Translations under genes and position numbers: made by a program
Shown here: one piece after another, positions 1 to 9,724 of the stretch
How positions within the stretch are numbered: position 1 is the first letter of the stretch
How the letters are laid out: each line of letters opens with the position of its first letter
UHGV virus genome: UHGV-0474209
Length of the DNA stretch: 41,825 nucleotides
Reading direction: 5' to 3' (one strand)
Origin: a virus
Notes under the pieces: generated by a model
Database searches by the model: none
What the model was told of the DNA's origin: nothing
What the model saw: only the letters and a program-made list of their open reading frames with translations

Positions 1-1
1 T

Positions 2-268
2 CCAGTCGGAGCAGAGTCACCAAAAGATCTGCCGCCTGGAGTTAATCCTGTTTATTCTACTGAACGGTGGTTTATTCCTGTACACAAAACACCTGTTGAC
101 CTTGAGATGGTATACGGTATTCCAAGAGTGACTATCAAGGGACAAGATTTCTTTATGACTCGTGGGCAGCCGGCAAGACCTTGGCTATATCCGTCAATGA
201 AAGAAGTGGTTGAAATGGCCGAAGACATTTATAAAGATCGTGTGAAGGAAGGACTGAGGAAACTATGA
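2..268 (+). CDS. tail component protein, HK97 gp10-family-like (C-terminal part; gene appears to wrap from window end 41554..41825)
   Basis: Open frame from nt 2 to TGA 266-268 (ATGA overlap with next start); translation ...FFMTRGQPARPWLYPSMKEV resembles the conserved PARPFL region of HK97 gp10-family proteins; in-frame continuation of 41554..41825. Confidence 0.5.
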   Translation, partial: PVGAESPKDLPPGVNPVYSTERWFIPVHKTPVDLEMVYGIPRVTIKGQDFFMTRGQPARPWLYPSMKEVVEMAEDIYKDRVKEGLRKL

Positions 269-630
269 CAGAGCGTTATAACATAAAGTCTGATATTGTT
301 ACTCAGTTGAAAAAAGTCGCTGAGCTGAAGCTCGTATCTGCGGAGTATCCTAACACATGGTCGAATATGCCCGCTGCAATTTATTCGACAAAGGCAAAGC
401 CGCACAAGAAAGATATATCCGACAAAGAAGCACTAACTGAATGGACAGTAAAAATCGATTTATACGGAAACAAATCTCTATCTACAATACAGAGTGAAAT
501 AATTAAAGTATTGAAAGAGATTGGATTTAAGAATACAGCCAGTGATGATGGCAATCAAGATGCATTGAAGCGTTCGATTCTAACATTCCGAGGAGTGGTA
601 GATAATCGAACGCTTTTTGTATACCAATAA
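265..630 (+). CDS. head-tail joining / tail completion protein (hypothetical, 121 aa)
   Basis: ORF with GAGGAA RBS, position between gp10-like gene and major tail protein. Confidence 0.45.
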   Translation: MTERYNIKSDIVTQLKKVAELKLVSAEYPNTWSNMPAAIYSTKAKPHKKDISDKEALTEWTVKIDLYGNKSLSTIQSEIIKVLKEIGFKNTASDDGNQDALKRSILTFRGVVDNRTLFVYQ

Positions 631-645
631 CAAGGAGGAAATACC

Positions 646-1083
646 ATGAAGAAAACAAAAATTTTACCGATGAACTTACAATTATTTGCCGGTTTACTAA
701 CTAAGGGCACGGCGTTATCAATGAAATCAGGCTCCGAGTCTGGCTTTACTGAAATTGAAGGATTACAAGCTGTTCCTGAAATCGGTGGAGATCCAGAACA
801 AGTTGATGTTACGACGCTAAAAGACGCAAATAAAAAATATATTTCGGGTATTCAAGATATGGATTCATTAGAGTTCACTTTCTTATATGACAAAGCTGTA
901 TTTACAAAGTTAAAGGCAGTGCAAACGTCAGGAAAAGAAGCAAAATTTGAATTGTCTTATCCTGACGGTGCGAAATGCACATTTACTGGCGGCGTGACTG
1001 TGAAAATGGGTTCTGGTGAAGTAAACGGAGCCTATCAATTTACGCTGTCTGTAACTGTTTCAGATGGACCGGATTGGGCATAA
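646..1083 (+). CDS. major tail protein (145 aa) with N-terminal MNLQLFAG Prp-cleavage-type motif
   Basis: AGGAGG RBS; position immediately upstream of G/GT chaperones and tape measure; N-terminal LQLFA motif. Confidence 0.55.
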   Translation: MKKTKILPMNLQLFAGLLTKGTALSMKSGSESGFTEIEGLQAVPEIGGDPEQVDVTTLKDANKKYISGIQDMDSLEFTFLYDKAVFTKLKAVQTSGKEAKFELSYPDGAKCTFTGGVTVKMGSGEVNGAYQFTLSVTVSDGPDWA

Positions 1084-1154
1084 ACGTTTAACGAAAACTA
1101 TATGGGCTAGAGATAACCCTCTGGCCCTATTTAAATCTTAGGAGGAAAAACAAT

Positions 1155-1526
1155 ATGAAACCAATGAAAGTAGAATTTGGAACTAAAACTCTATCCCTTG
1201 TATTAGATGGAAGTGCAACGGTAGACATTGAGAAGAAATTAGGTAAATCGTTATTTGGAATTATGATGACTGGCAACGGTGGAATGAAAATGCCGCGATT
1301 AGGTGAAATGCTAACTATCTTGCATTCTGCGAACCAAACAGCAAACATCAAGTCTGCCGATATGACGAAACTTTATGATGAATATATTTCTAAAGGCGGA
1401 TCGATGATGAAGCTTTTCGAAGTCATTCAAGAATTGATGGAGAAGGCAGGTTTTTTCGAGTCGGAAACGACGGACGAAGAAGACCTAGTTGGGGAAGAGA
1501 AAAACGAGGAAGAGAGTCTAGTGTAG
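1155..1526 (+). CDS. tail assembly chaperone, gpG-like (123 aa, acidic C-terminus)
   Basis: Position between major tail and tape measure; acidic tail ETTDEEDLVGEEKNEEE; slippery site near 3' end. Confidence 0.6.
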   Translation: MKPMKVEFGTKTLSLVLDGSATVDIEKKLGKSLFGIMMTGNGGMKMPRLGEMLTILHSANQTANIKSADMTKLYDEYISKGGSMMKLFEVIQELMEKAGFFESETTDEEDLVGEEKNEEESLV

Positions 1527-1906
1527 GCTTCTCTTCCTTTTCTGATTTGCTGCAGGAGATGTATCCAAAAGCAGTAGAAGCAGGAATACCCGCAGAAAAA
1601 TACTGGTCAATGACCTATGAAGAAATAGTCATACAAGCTGAAGCAAATGTTGCGATTAGAAAACAACAGCTAGAAGAAAAAGCCATGATGGATTACAAAG
1701 CTGCACAATTAAATGCTTATGGTTTTAATGATCCGAAGAAAATGCCTAAACCAGATCAACACTATCCATTCTTGAAAACGGAAGATAAGCAGGAACAATC
1801 AAATCGGCCGCAAGATTGGGAAATTATGAAGGCTCGGATGATTGAACGAACGGAATTGATTAAAGCTACACGAGAGCGGAAAAATAAACAGGAAAAGGAG
1901 GGATAG
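1454..1906 (+). CDS. gpT-like extension of tail assembly chaperone; probably expressed as G-T fusion by -1 programmed frameshift
   Basis: Heptamer T_TTT_TTC at 1451-1457 in zero frame of 1155..1526; the -1 frame is open from 1454 through 1906 with no stop; canonical arrangement upstream of tape measure gene. Confidence 0.5.
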   Translation, partial: FRVGNDGRRRPSWGREKRGRESSVGFSSFSDLLQEMYPKAVEAGIPAEKYWSMTYEEIVIQAEANVAIRKQQLEEKAMMDYKAAQLNAYGFNDPKKMPKPDQHYPFLKTEDKQEQSNRPQDWEIMKARMIERTELIKATRERKNKQEKEG

Positions 1907-1909
1907 ATC

Positions 1910-2791
1910 ATGGAGCTGGATAGACTTGAAGTCGTTTTTGATGGTGACTTGAACCCCATTGAGGAAAAGGTCGCACGATTTGAACAAAAGATGGATTCTA
2001 TGATGAGCCGAGTCAAGAGTTCATCTGGTCAAGGGATGGACGCTGTGGAAAAAAACTTATCTGATTCAAAAGGGTTCGATAAATTTACCAAACAATTCGA
2101 GAAAATGAATTCAAATTTTGATTCTATGCTGAAGAGAATGAATCAATCGGCGGCAAAAAATGGCGAAGAAGTTGGGAAGTCACTTTCTGCTGGAGTATCC
2201 AAAGGCGCTGTTAAAATGACAAAAGATGTTCAAACCGCAGTTGATAAAGTGAACACGCAAATGCAGCAAGCCAAAGCAGCACAACAACGAATTGCCAACT
2301 TGCAGGCTAATAAAAATGGTGCGCGGTTGTCTGGGGATACTAAAAGTGAATCGAGAATAGGCGAACAAATTTCAAAAGCTCAAATTCAGATGAACAAGTC
2401 GCAACAACAAGCACAAGCGATTGTGCGCGGATTAAAATCCGAATATGAGGCTATCCCTAATTCTCTGTCTAACATTTCAGCTAAGATGGAAGGCAATGAG
2501 CGGCAGATTGAAGCTATGAGAGCTAAAGTTAAGGCTCTGAAAAATGAAATGAAGATGCAGCAAACAGAAACAGGAAGTTTCGCATCTGGAAAGTGGAAAT
2601 CTACAGGGATACAAGATACACCACAATCAACCAAAACCGCTGAAGCTATTTCTAAACAATCAGCAAAAATGGAAAAATTGATTGCAGACAATGATGCTTT
2701 GCAACGTTCATATGCTCAGTTGGAAGATCGTTCTGGTGTTCTAAAGACAGCGTTGTCTAGTGTAAATACGAACTTGGCGAGCAACCTGTAA
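1910..2791 (+). CDS. tape measure protein, N-terminal coiled-coil segment (293 aa)
   Basis: Long Q/K/E-rich coiled-coil typical of TMP N-termini; strong RBS AAGGAGGG; ends 9 nt before next ORF in a different frame. Confidence 0.5.
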   Translation: MELDRLEVVFDGDLNPIEEKVARFEQKMDSMMSRVKSSSGQGMDAVEKNLSDSKGFDKFTKQFEKMNSNFDSMLKRMNQSAAKNGEEVGKSLSAGVSKGAVKMTKDVQTAVDKVNTQMQQAKAAQQRIANLQANKNGARLSGDTKSESRIGEQISKAQIQMNKSQQQAQAIVRGLKSEYEAIPNSLSNISAKMEGNERQIEAMRAKVKALKNEMKMQQTETGSFASGKWKSTGIQDTPQSTKTAEAISKQSAKMEKLIADNDALQRSYAQLEDRSGVLKTALSSVNTNLASNL

Positions 2792-2799
2792 AAGCTCGT

Positions 2800-5700
2800 A
2801 TGGCAGCAAATGGAATGAGGAATCTGTCGGGTTCCACGAAACAATCAGAAGGACTCTTTTCACGTTTCAAAAATATGATGAGTAATTCTATTGGTAGATT
2901 TGGAAGTTTATTTGACAGACAATCGAAACAAGTCACTAGCGGAACATCTAGAATGGCTCAAGGCATGGGTGGTTTTGGACGCTCCATGAAGATGCTATGG
3001 TCGCAGTTATTCTTGTTCACGTTCTTATACCAAGGAATCATGACTCTAGCTGGCGGGCTTTTTAAAGCGTTACAGACTAACGCACAGTTTTCAGCTAGTT
3101 TAAATCAAATTAAGGTCAATTTACTAACTGCATTTTATCCAATTTACCAAGCAGCTTTGCCAGCGATAAATGCTTTGATGTCGGCCTTAGCTAAAGTTAC
3201 TGGCTATATTGCTGGATTTATATCCACACTTTTCGGAATGAACATCGGTGATGCATTCAACGGTGCTCAGGGACTAATGAACAATGTCCAAGCTTTAGAT
3301 GATACTGGAAGTGCTGCATCTGATGCATCAGATGGATACGATGAGATGGCTCAATCCATTAAGGATTCAAATAAACAACTTAAAGATCAGCATGATAGAA
3401 CGGAAGCAGCTCGAAAAAAAGCAAAAGAATATAAACGTCTTTTAGCTGGATTTGATGAATTAAACATTTTAGATTTCAGTGATGACTCTGATGACGAATC
3501 TAATGAGTTCATTCCTCAGGAAATTCCAACAAGACCCAAGACTCCGAATGGATCTGGCTCTGACCCATGGGCTGACTTTGGATCAGCAGCAGTTCCAGAA
3601 ACTCCGAAATGGTTAACGGATTTTGCCAAGAAGTTTAAAGACATCATGTCAAAACTCTTTGATCCAATAAAGAAAGCTTGGGACGCTCAGGGAAAACGTG
3701 TTATGGATGCGTTCAAATATTCATTATCCGAAATTGGAAAATTGATTAAGGCAATTGGTAAATCCTTTTTAGAGGTATGGACTAACGGAACCGGACAAAA
3801 GTTTGTAGAAAATCTTTTAGTGTTATTAGGTGATGTTCTTTATATAATTGGTGATATTGCAAGGGCGTTTAGAATTGCTTGGGAAGAAAACGGTCGAGGC
3901 ACTAAATTGATTCAGCAAATTTTTGATGCCTTAAATCAGTGGCTAGAAGTCTTGCATGATATCGCGGAGTCGTTCCGAGAAGTTTGGAATAATGGCACTG
4001 GAGTAGAACTCGCAAGGCAATTAATAGAATTCTATACTAAGCTATTTCATTTAATTGAAACCATAGGTAAAGCATTTCAAAATGCTTGGAATGATAACGA
4101 TCGAGGGACCGCGATCATTCAAGCCATCTTTAACGCGTTAACAGAAGTTCTTAAGCTAATCAACTCAATCATGACAGCATTTGACAAGGCTTTTGCTTCG
4201 GGAATTGGCGAAAGTATTCTAGCTAATATCATGGAGATCATTACGAATATTTTCAATACTGTTGGAAATCTGGCAAAAAGCTTTCGAGAGGCATGGGATG
4301 AAAATAACCGAGGTCAAACAATCTTTGAAGGGATTATGAAGATAATTGACACAGTCCTTGGGACGATCAAACGAATGACAGGAGCGACTGCAGAATGGGC
4401 TAAGATTCTTGACTTCCGTCCACTTCTTAATTCAATTAACGGATTACTTAAATCAATACAACCATTGACAAAAAACATTGGAGATGGCTTGGAATGGTTT
4501 TATAAGAATGTTTTACTTCCTTTAGCCAAATACACAATTCAAGATTTAATTCCAGCATTCCTTAAAGCATTAAGTGGTGCTCTAGATGCGCTTAACGGAA
4601 TAATCAATGGATGTAAACCCGCTTTTGATTTCTTTTGGAATTCCATGCTCAAACCAATTGCTGAATGGACTGGAGGAGTAATCGTTGATGTATTGAAAAA
4701 ACTAGGTGACGCTCTTTCGGGTATTGGGAATTGGATAACTGAACATCAAGAAGGGTTTTCAGCTTTTGTAACGGTTTTCGGAACATTTGTTGCCGCTCTG
4801 AAGGTAATTAGTGCTCTTTCAACTGTAATAGAAATAGTTGGAGGACTTTTCGCTGGATTGAGTGCTATTGGTGGTTTATCGGGAGTTCTTTCAGCAGTAG
4901 GAACTGCGATTGGCGGATTAATTGCCTTTTTAGGTGGACCATTAACCGTTGCAGCTGCTGCAGCCATAGCAGTAGGCGTAGCTCTTTGGCAAAATTGGGA
5001 TACCATCAAAGAGAAAGCTAGCCAGTTGAAAGACTGGATCGGTGAAAAATGGGAAGGTATAAAGACGGCAACATCTAATGCTTGGAATAATGTCAAAAAT
5101 TGGACTTCGGAAAAATGGAATGCAGCGAAAGATGCTGTGACTAGTAAAGCAGGTGAAATTTATACCGCCGCTAAAGATAAATTTACGAATACTGCAAATA
5201 CAGTTCGCGATAAAGCAGGTCAAGCAAAAGATTGGGTTTCTAGCAAATGGTCTGATTTAAAGAATTCCACTTCAACTAAATTTGAAGAAATACGTTCAAC
5301 TGCTGGTTCGAAAATGAACAGCGCAGCTGAAGCGGTTAGGTCTGGTGCAGAGACAGCTAAAAGTAAAGCTGTTTCTGCATTTTCAAGTTTGAAGGATGGA
5401 GTCGGAGGACATTTAAATTCAATAAAAACTACAGCTTCAGAAGTCTTTAAGAAAGTAGGGGGATGGGCGTCCGATTTACCTGGTGATATTGCAAAAGGCC
5501 TGTCTAGCGGTCTTAATACGATTAAACAAGCCATGAACAATATTGCCAATGGATTAGCCTCTGGAATAGGAAAAGGTGTTAATGGCATTATCTCTGGAGT
5601 TAACTGGGTTATGAGTAGTTTAGGTGCAGGTTGGCGATTATCTTCTTGGCACGTACCATATTTCAGTTATGCAACTGGGACGAGTTTTCATCCAGGCGGA

Positions 5701-6567
5701 TTAGCTATGGTAAATGACGGAGATGGCAGCAATTGGCGTGAGATGTATAAGTTGCCAAGTGGTCAGATTGGCATGTTCCCTAAACAAAAGGATTACATGG
5801 TTAACCTTCCCAAAGGTACCCAAGTCCTAAATGGTAGGGACACCAATAACTTTATGAATAATATTCCTCACTATAAAGGTGGATTAATCGACAGTGTTAA
5901 GAATTTCTTTGGTTCGATAAGTCCGAGTGCTTTATTAGATCGAGCATTCGAAAAATTCGTTGATGTAGCAGGTATACCTGAACCAGGAGCTTCGATGGCT
6001 CTAGGCGCGGCTAAGAGAATTAAATCAAGTGCTTTTCGTGTCGTGAGTGATCGTATTTCTGAACTATTCAGACTCGATCGAGAAAACGAAAGTAAGAAAA
6101 AGGGATTTGCTAACGGAGGTAGAGTAGATCAGTTTGGCTGGTACAAAATGTCTGAAGGCAATAACACTGAATGGGTTGTTCCAGTAACTAAGCCAGAACT
6201 AGCCTTTCAAAGAATCAACGAAGCGCTTGATTTCATGGGGTATGATGGTATCCCTGATTTAACAATGCCAGAAGTATTTAGAGATTCATCTGATAGTTAT
6301 ACTGGTTCAAGTTCATCTGGTAAAAAGAATAAAGGTTTTTCTATTACTGGTAATGGGATGGAAAACTTATCAGATAATCTACTTTCAAGTCTTGGTAATA
6401 CAATCGCGAATGCCATTATTAACGCGCTCTCTAATTTGGATCTGAAGGGGAACGACGGGCCCTTGGAAGTTGTTCTAGAGGTAGATTCAACTAGATTAGG
6501 ACAAGTAACTGTACGAGGCATTAATCAGTATCATGAACAGATAGGAAATGTAGAACTAAACTTATAA
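2800..6567 (+). CDS. tail tape measure protein (1255 aa) with hydrophobic segments and C-terminal domain
   Basis: Size, repetitive helical W/F-x-x-x-W-x-N motifs (KAWDAQGKRV, EVWTNGTGQKF, AWEENGRGTKL, EVWNNGTGVEL, NAWNDNDRGTA, EAWDENNRGQT), Gly/Ala-rich TM stretch; no obvious SD at its ATG. Confidence 0.8.
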   Translation: MAANGMRNLSGSTKQSEGLFSRFKNMMSNSIGRFGSLFDRQSKQVTSGTSRMAQGMGGFGRSMKMLWSQLFLFTFLYQGIMTLAGGLFKALQTNAQFSASLNQIKVNLLTAFYPIYQAALPAINALMSALAKVTGYIAGFISTLFGMNIGDAFNGAQGLMNNVQALDDTGSAASDASDGYDEMAQSIKDSNKQLKDQHDRTEAARKKAKEYKRLLAGFDELNILDFSDDSDDESNEFIPQEIPTRPKTPNGSGSDPWADFGSAAVPETPKWLTDFAKKFKDIMSKLFDPIKKAWDAQGKRVMDAFKYSLSEIGKLIKAIGKSFLEVWTNGTGQKFVENLLVLLGDVLYIIGDIARAFRIAWEENGRGTKLIQQIFDALNQWLEVLHDIAESFREVWNNGTGVELARQLIEFYTKLFHLIETIGKAFQNAWNDNDRGTAIIQAIFNALTEVLKLINSIMTAFDKAFASGIGESILANIMEIITNIFNTVGNLAKSFREAWDENNRGQTIFEGIMKIIDTVLGTIKRMTGATAEWAKILDFRPLLNSINGLLKSIQPLTKNIGDGLEWFYKNVLLPLAKYTIQDLIPAFLKALSGALDALNGIINGCKPAFDFFWNSMLKPIAEWTGGVIVDVLKKLGDALSGIGNWITEHQEGFSAFVTVFGTFVAALKVISALSTVIEIVGGLFAGLSAIGGLSGVLSAVGTAIGGLIAFLGGPLTVAAAAAIAVGVALWQNWDTIKEKASQLKDWIGEKWEGIKTATSNAWNNVKNWTSEKWNAAKDAVTSKAGEIYTAAKDKFTNTANTVRDKAGQAKDWVSSKWSDLKNSTSTKFEEIRSTAGSKMNSAAEAVRSGAETAKSKAVSAFSSLKDGVGGHLNSIKTTASEVFKKVGGWASDLPGDIAKGLSSGLNTIKQAMNNIANGLASGIGKGVNGIISGVNWVMSSLGAGWRLSSWHVPYFSYATGTSFHPGGLAMVNDGDGSNWREMYKLPSGQIGMFPKQKDYMVNLPKGTQVLNGRDTNNFMNNIPHYKGGLIDSVKNFFGSISPSALLDRAFEKFVDVAGIPEPGASMALGAAKRIKSSAFRVVSDRISELFRLDRENESKKKGFANGGRVDQFGWYKMSEGNNTEWVVPVTKPELAFQRINEALDFMGYDGIPDLTMPEVFRDSSDSYTGSSSSGKKNKGFSITGNGMENLSDNLLSSLGNTIANAIINALSNLDLKGNDGPLEVVLEVDSTRLGQVTVRGINQYHEQIGNVELNL

Positions 6568-6579
6568 GGAGATGAGCTA

Positions 6580-6939
6580 ATGGATTTCTTGATATCAGGG
6601 TCAAATGTAGTAACACCAAAAGAATTATCTGTCAGCATACAAACCTTAGACAGTGGTTCTAGCGGAAGAAATGCTAATGGAGATATGGTTCGCGATATTC
6701 TCGGAAGAAAAACTAAATTAGATGTAAAATGGGGACCTTTGGAAATTTCAGAGGTCTCTTTAATTTTGCGTTTAATTGATTCTGCCTTTTTTACAGTAAG
6801 GTATTTTGACCCACAGGAGGCAGGATTGATTACAAAAACATTTTACTGTGGTGATAGAGTAGTACCTGTTTACTCTTGGAATGAAAAATTCTCGAAGATG
6901 ATGTGGCAAGGCTTGTCCGTATCGTTAATTGAAAAGTAG
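6580..6939 (+). CDS. minor tail protein (119 aa; possible small distal-tail/gpM-like component)
   Basis: Position between TMP and Tal; RBS AAGGAG. Confidence 0.35.
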   Translation: MDFLISGSNVVTPKELSVSIQTLDSGSSGRNANGDMVRDILGRKTKLDVKWGPLEISEVSLILRLIDSAFFTVRYFDPQEAGLITKTFYCGDRVVPVYSWNEKFSKMMWQGLSVSLIEK

Positions 6940-6950
6940 GTGAATACTGA

Positions 6951-8762
6951 ATGCTGATAGTTTCAAATGAATTCTTTGAAGCCTGTAAAGATAAAGAAAG
7001 GGAAGCTTTTGCACGCATCATTGCTAATGATAAAGTCATATATCTTAAAGATAAAATAAAGAAAATTGATTATTCAATGGGGGCCTTGGGAGGAGAAAGT
7101 TTCCAGATTGGGTCAACGCAATCAGCCACAGTTAAAATTGTTTTTTCTGAAATTATTGAAGGGTTAAAAGAACTAGACGAGATCAAGGTAGAAGTAGGAT
7201 TTAAAATAAGAGGAAACGGCTTGCCATCAAATATCAATCATGTTTCAAAAGTTGATCGAGCAAAAGTTGGAAGAGCAAGATTGGTGAGCTATGTTCCCGA
7301 TAGATATGAATTTGTTCCTCTAGGAACGTTTTACATTAGTGGTCGAGTTGATCCCGACAGGAATGAAAAGACTACAACTGTTGAAGCTAGAGACGGATTT
7401 ATTTTTTTGGAAGACAAATATGAGTCCGAGTTGAAATATCCAACAAAATTAGCAGACATTGCTTTAGAAATAGCAAACAAAAGTGGAAGTATTATCGATC
7501 CTGTTTCGTTTAACCATTTGAGTAATTACACGATAAATAAGTTTGAGGGATACACATATCGGCAAGCAATAGGTTTAGTCGGACAATTTGAAGGTGGGTT
7601 TGTTTGTTTTGATAGAGAAGGTAGACTGTCAATTCGAAAACTAGCAGACCCGAACTTTAAGATTGAACCAAATGAATACTTTTTAAAAGGCCTTGTAAAA
7701 AGTGAATTACTTTATCAACCTAGAGGGATTACATGTAAAGTTGTTAACCAAACTAATGAATCTAGTAATGAAACAGTTATTCTTCAATCAGGGTCAACAA
7801 ATGGTGCGCAGATTTCTCTGGAAAATAATGCGATGACTCAGATTTTATTAGATGATGTTTTCCAGAAAATAAGATACATCAATTTTTACCCAATCAGTTT
7901 GAAGTGGCGAGGGAATCCAGCTTTAGAGGTTGGAGACTGGGTAACTATGACAGATAGAGAGGGAAATAAATTTAAATCTCCTGTTCTAAATTATACGATG
8001 TCTTTCGACGGTGGTTTCAGTTCAACTATTAGTGCTGACACTAAAGCTTATTCAGCTAACGTCTCATCATTCAAAGGACCGTTGCAACAAAAGCTTGATG
8101 ACATCGATTATAGAATCGATGCAGCTGGCAAGAACAATGTTTATGAAGGAACAGAGGAACCGACAAATCCAAAAGAAGGCGACATCTGGTTTAAAAAGAA
8201 TGGACCAGATGATGAGATATGGGTTTATAAGCAAACGGCACCTGGAGTATTCGAGTGGGTAATGACGACATCCACCGCTTTAGAGGAAAGTATCAAAGAG
8301 CAAATTGAAAACTCGACTCCTAAAGATGAAATAGTTAAAACCATTAATCTGAGTGATGAGATGGATGGTAAAGAGTGGCTGAAAATTAAAGGCGCAAAAT
8401 TATGGCTAACTAACGAGACGAAGATTGACAAAGCTATAATCACATCGGCAATGATTGGATCAGTTGATGCTGGAACAATTAGTGTTGGTACTCTAGATGC
8501 TTCTAAAATAAGAGTCGTCAATCTTGACGCTTCATCTATATCCACTGGAACGTTGAATGCTATAACGATTAAAGGGGCGACTATAACAGGATCTAAAATC
8601 ACGTCAACTGGTACGGATTATAATATGACCTTAGATAACGGAGCAATTCGGTGGAACAGAAAGTCTGATGGAAAAAAGTATTCGAAATATATAGTGCGAT
8701 CAGAAATCAAAATGAAGGTGTCATGTATTTTGCAGTTGAAGACGGCGGAACCTTCAATTTGA
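6951..8762 (+). CDS. tail-associated lysin / tail tip protein (prophage tail endopeptidase family-like, 603 aa)
   Basis: Position after TMP; N-terminal region resembles Siphovirus Tal (prophage endopeptidase tail) proteins of Firmicutes phages. Confidence 0.6.
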   Translation: MLIVSNEFFEACKDKEREAFARIIANDKVIYLKDKIKKIDYSMGALGGESFQIGSTQSATVKIVFSEIIEGLKELDEIKVEVGFKIRGNGLPSNINHVSKVDRAKVGRARLVSYVPDRYEFVPLGTFYISGRVDPDRNEKTTTVEARDGFIFLEDKYESELKYPTKLADIALEIANKSGSIIDPVSFNHLSNYTINKFEGYTYRQAIGLVGQFEGGFVCFDREGRLSIRKLADPNFKIEPNEYFLKGLVKSELLYQPRGITCKVVNQTNESSNETVILQSGSTNGAQISLENNAMTQILLDDVFQKIRYINFYPISLKWRGNPALEVGDWVTMTDREGNKFKSPVLNYTMSFDGGFSSTISADTKAYSANVSSFKGPLQQKLDDIDYRIDAAGKNNVYEGTEEPTNPKEGDIWFKKNGPDDEIWVYKQTAPGVFEWVMTTSTALEESIKEQIENSTPKDEIVKTINLSDEMDGKEWLKIKGAKLWLTNETKIDKAIITSAMIGSVDAGTISVGTLDASKIRVVNLDASSISTGTLNAITIKGATITGSKITSTGTDYNMTLDNGAIRWNRKSDGKKYSKYIVRSEIKMKVSCILQLKTAEPSI

Positions 8763-9571
8763 AAAGCAATAAACTGAATAGGAATTTTATCACTGCATAT
8801 GGTTCAACCAGCAATATGCAATTAAACCTTGATTTAGATAGATTAAGTCTTTATTCATCAACTGGGAATACTTTAAGTTTTAGTGTTGAACGAACTGGTT
8901 TTTCTTATAGTACGAACGACAATGGGACATATAGAAATTTGTATTTACGTAACAATTCGTTCAGAGCAGATATTGGAGGTAACAAATATCTGAACTTAAC
9001 GAATACTGGTTTTTCAATAAATACTGAAGGCATAATGAGCTTTATGACAAACAACTCAATCCAATTGAGAGGAACATCGGCAAGAATCATGAGCGATGCT
9101 TCAGTTGATAAATCATTTTATGTGTATGGGACAAAAAGCTCCATTGTAAGGACTGAAAATTTTGGTGAGCGTTTGCTATATGCTTATGAAACACCAGAAT
9201 ATTTATTTGCGACATATGGTAAGGCAATTACTGATGAAAATGGGTTTATAGAGATTGAAATTGAACCAATATTTTTAGAAACAATCAATACTGATTCAAA
9301 AAACTATCATGTTTTTGTTACACCATATGAGAATGCAAATGTTCATGCGTGCCATTTAGAGCGTGATCGTTTCATGGTTAAGTCTGACAAACCTAACATA
9401 GAATTTAGTTGGCAAATAGTAGCTTATAGAAAAGGATACGAAGAATTTTATTTGGAAACTCTATCCAGCAATAACGATAAAGCGCCAAATTTGCTTCAAT
9501 ATCCAATAAGTATTTCTGACATGACAGAGAAAAACTCTAATCAAATATTAAATTACGAGAAGGTGAATTAA
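8723..9571 (+). CDS. tail tip / putative receptor-binding protein (282 aa); overlaps previous ORF by 40 nt in another frame
   Basis: ORF following Tal; weak RBS; may be C-terminal continuation of Tal via frameshift. Confidence 0.4.
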   Translation: MYFAVEDGGTFNLKSNKLNRNFITAYGSTSNMQLNLDLDRLSLYSSTGNTLSFSVERTGFSYSTNDNGTYRNLYLRNNSFRADIGGNKYLNLTNTGFSINTEGIMSFMTNNSIQLRGTSARIMSDASVDKSFYVYGTKSSIVRTENFGERLLYAYETPEYLFATYGKAITDENGFIEIEIEPIFLETINTDSKNYHVFVTPYENANVHACHLERDRFMVKSDKPNIEFSWQIVAYRKGYEEFYLETLSSNNDKAPNLLQYPISISDMTEKNSNQILNYEKVN

Positions 9572-9724
9572 ATGAATAAGGATGGTTTTGAAGTAAATGC
9601 GGAAAGCGTTATTGATCAATTATTAAAAAGACTGTCTCAAGTAGAGTTGGAAAATGCTTCACTAAAAGTAGCTCTTGATCAGGTTTCGGTTAATAAACAA
9701 AACGTTACAAAAGAAGGTGAGTAA
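9572..9724 (+). CDS. small coiled-coil protein (50 aa), XkdX-like position
   Basis: ATG overlapping stop of upstream gene, stop abuts next ATG; MNKDGFEVNAESVIDQLLKRLSQVELENASLKVALDQ... ; small proteins of this type sit between tail fibre genes in Firmicutes phages. Confidence 0.35.
   Translation: MNKDGFEVNAESVIDQLLKRLSQVELENASLKVALDQVSVNKQNVTKEGE

Noticed and set aside
1127-2691. Minus-strand ORFs (1127..1351, 1762..2016, 1799..1987, 2180..2368, 2386..2691) within the tail chaperone/TMP region, and similar minus ORFs inside TMP, Tal, tail fibre and endolysin genes (4746..5588, 6297..6521, 6830..7039, 8225..8602, 8905..9090, 10013..10344, 10600..10782, 11041..11265, 12260..12550)
   Set aside because: All lie antisense within long, well-supported plus-strand structural genes. 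They lack RBS and show biased, low-complexity composition.
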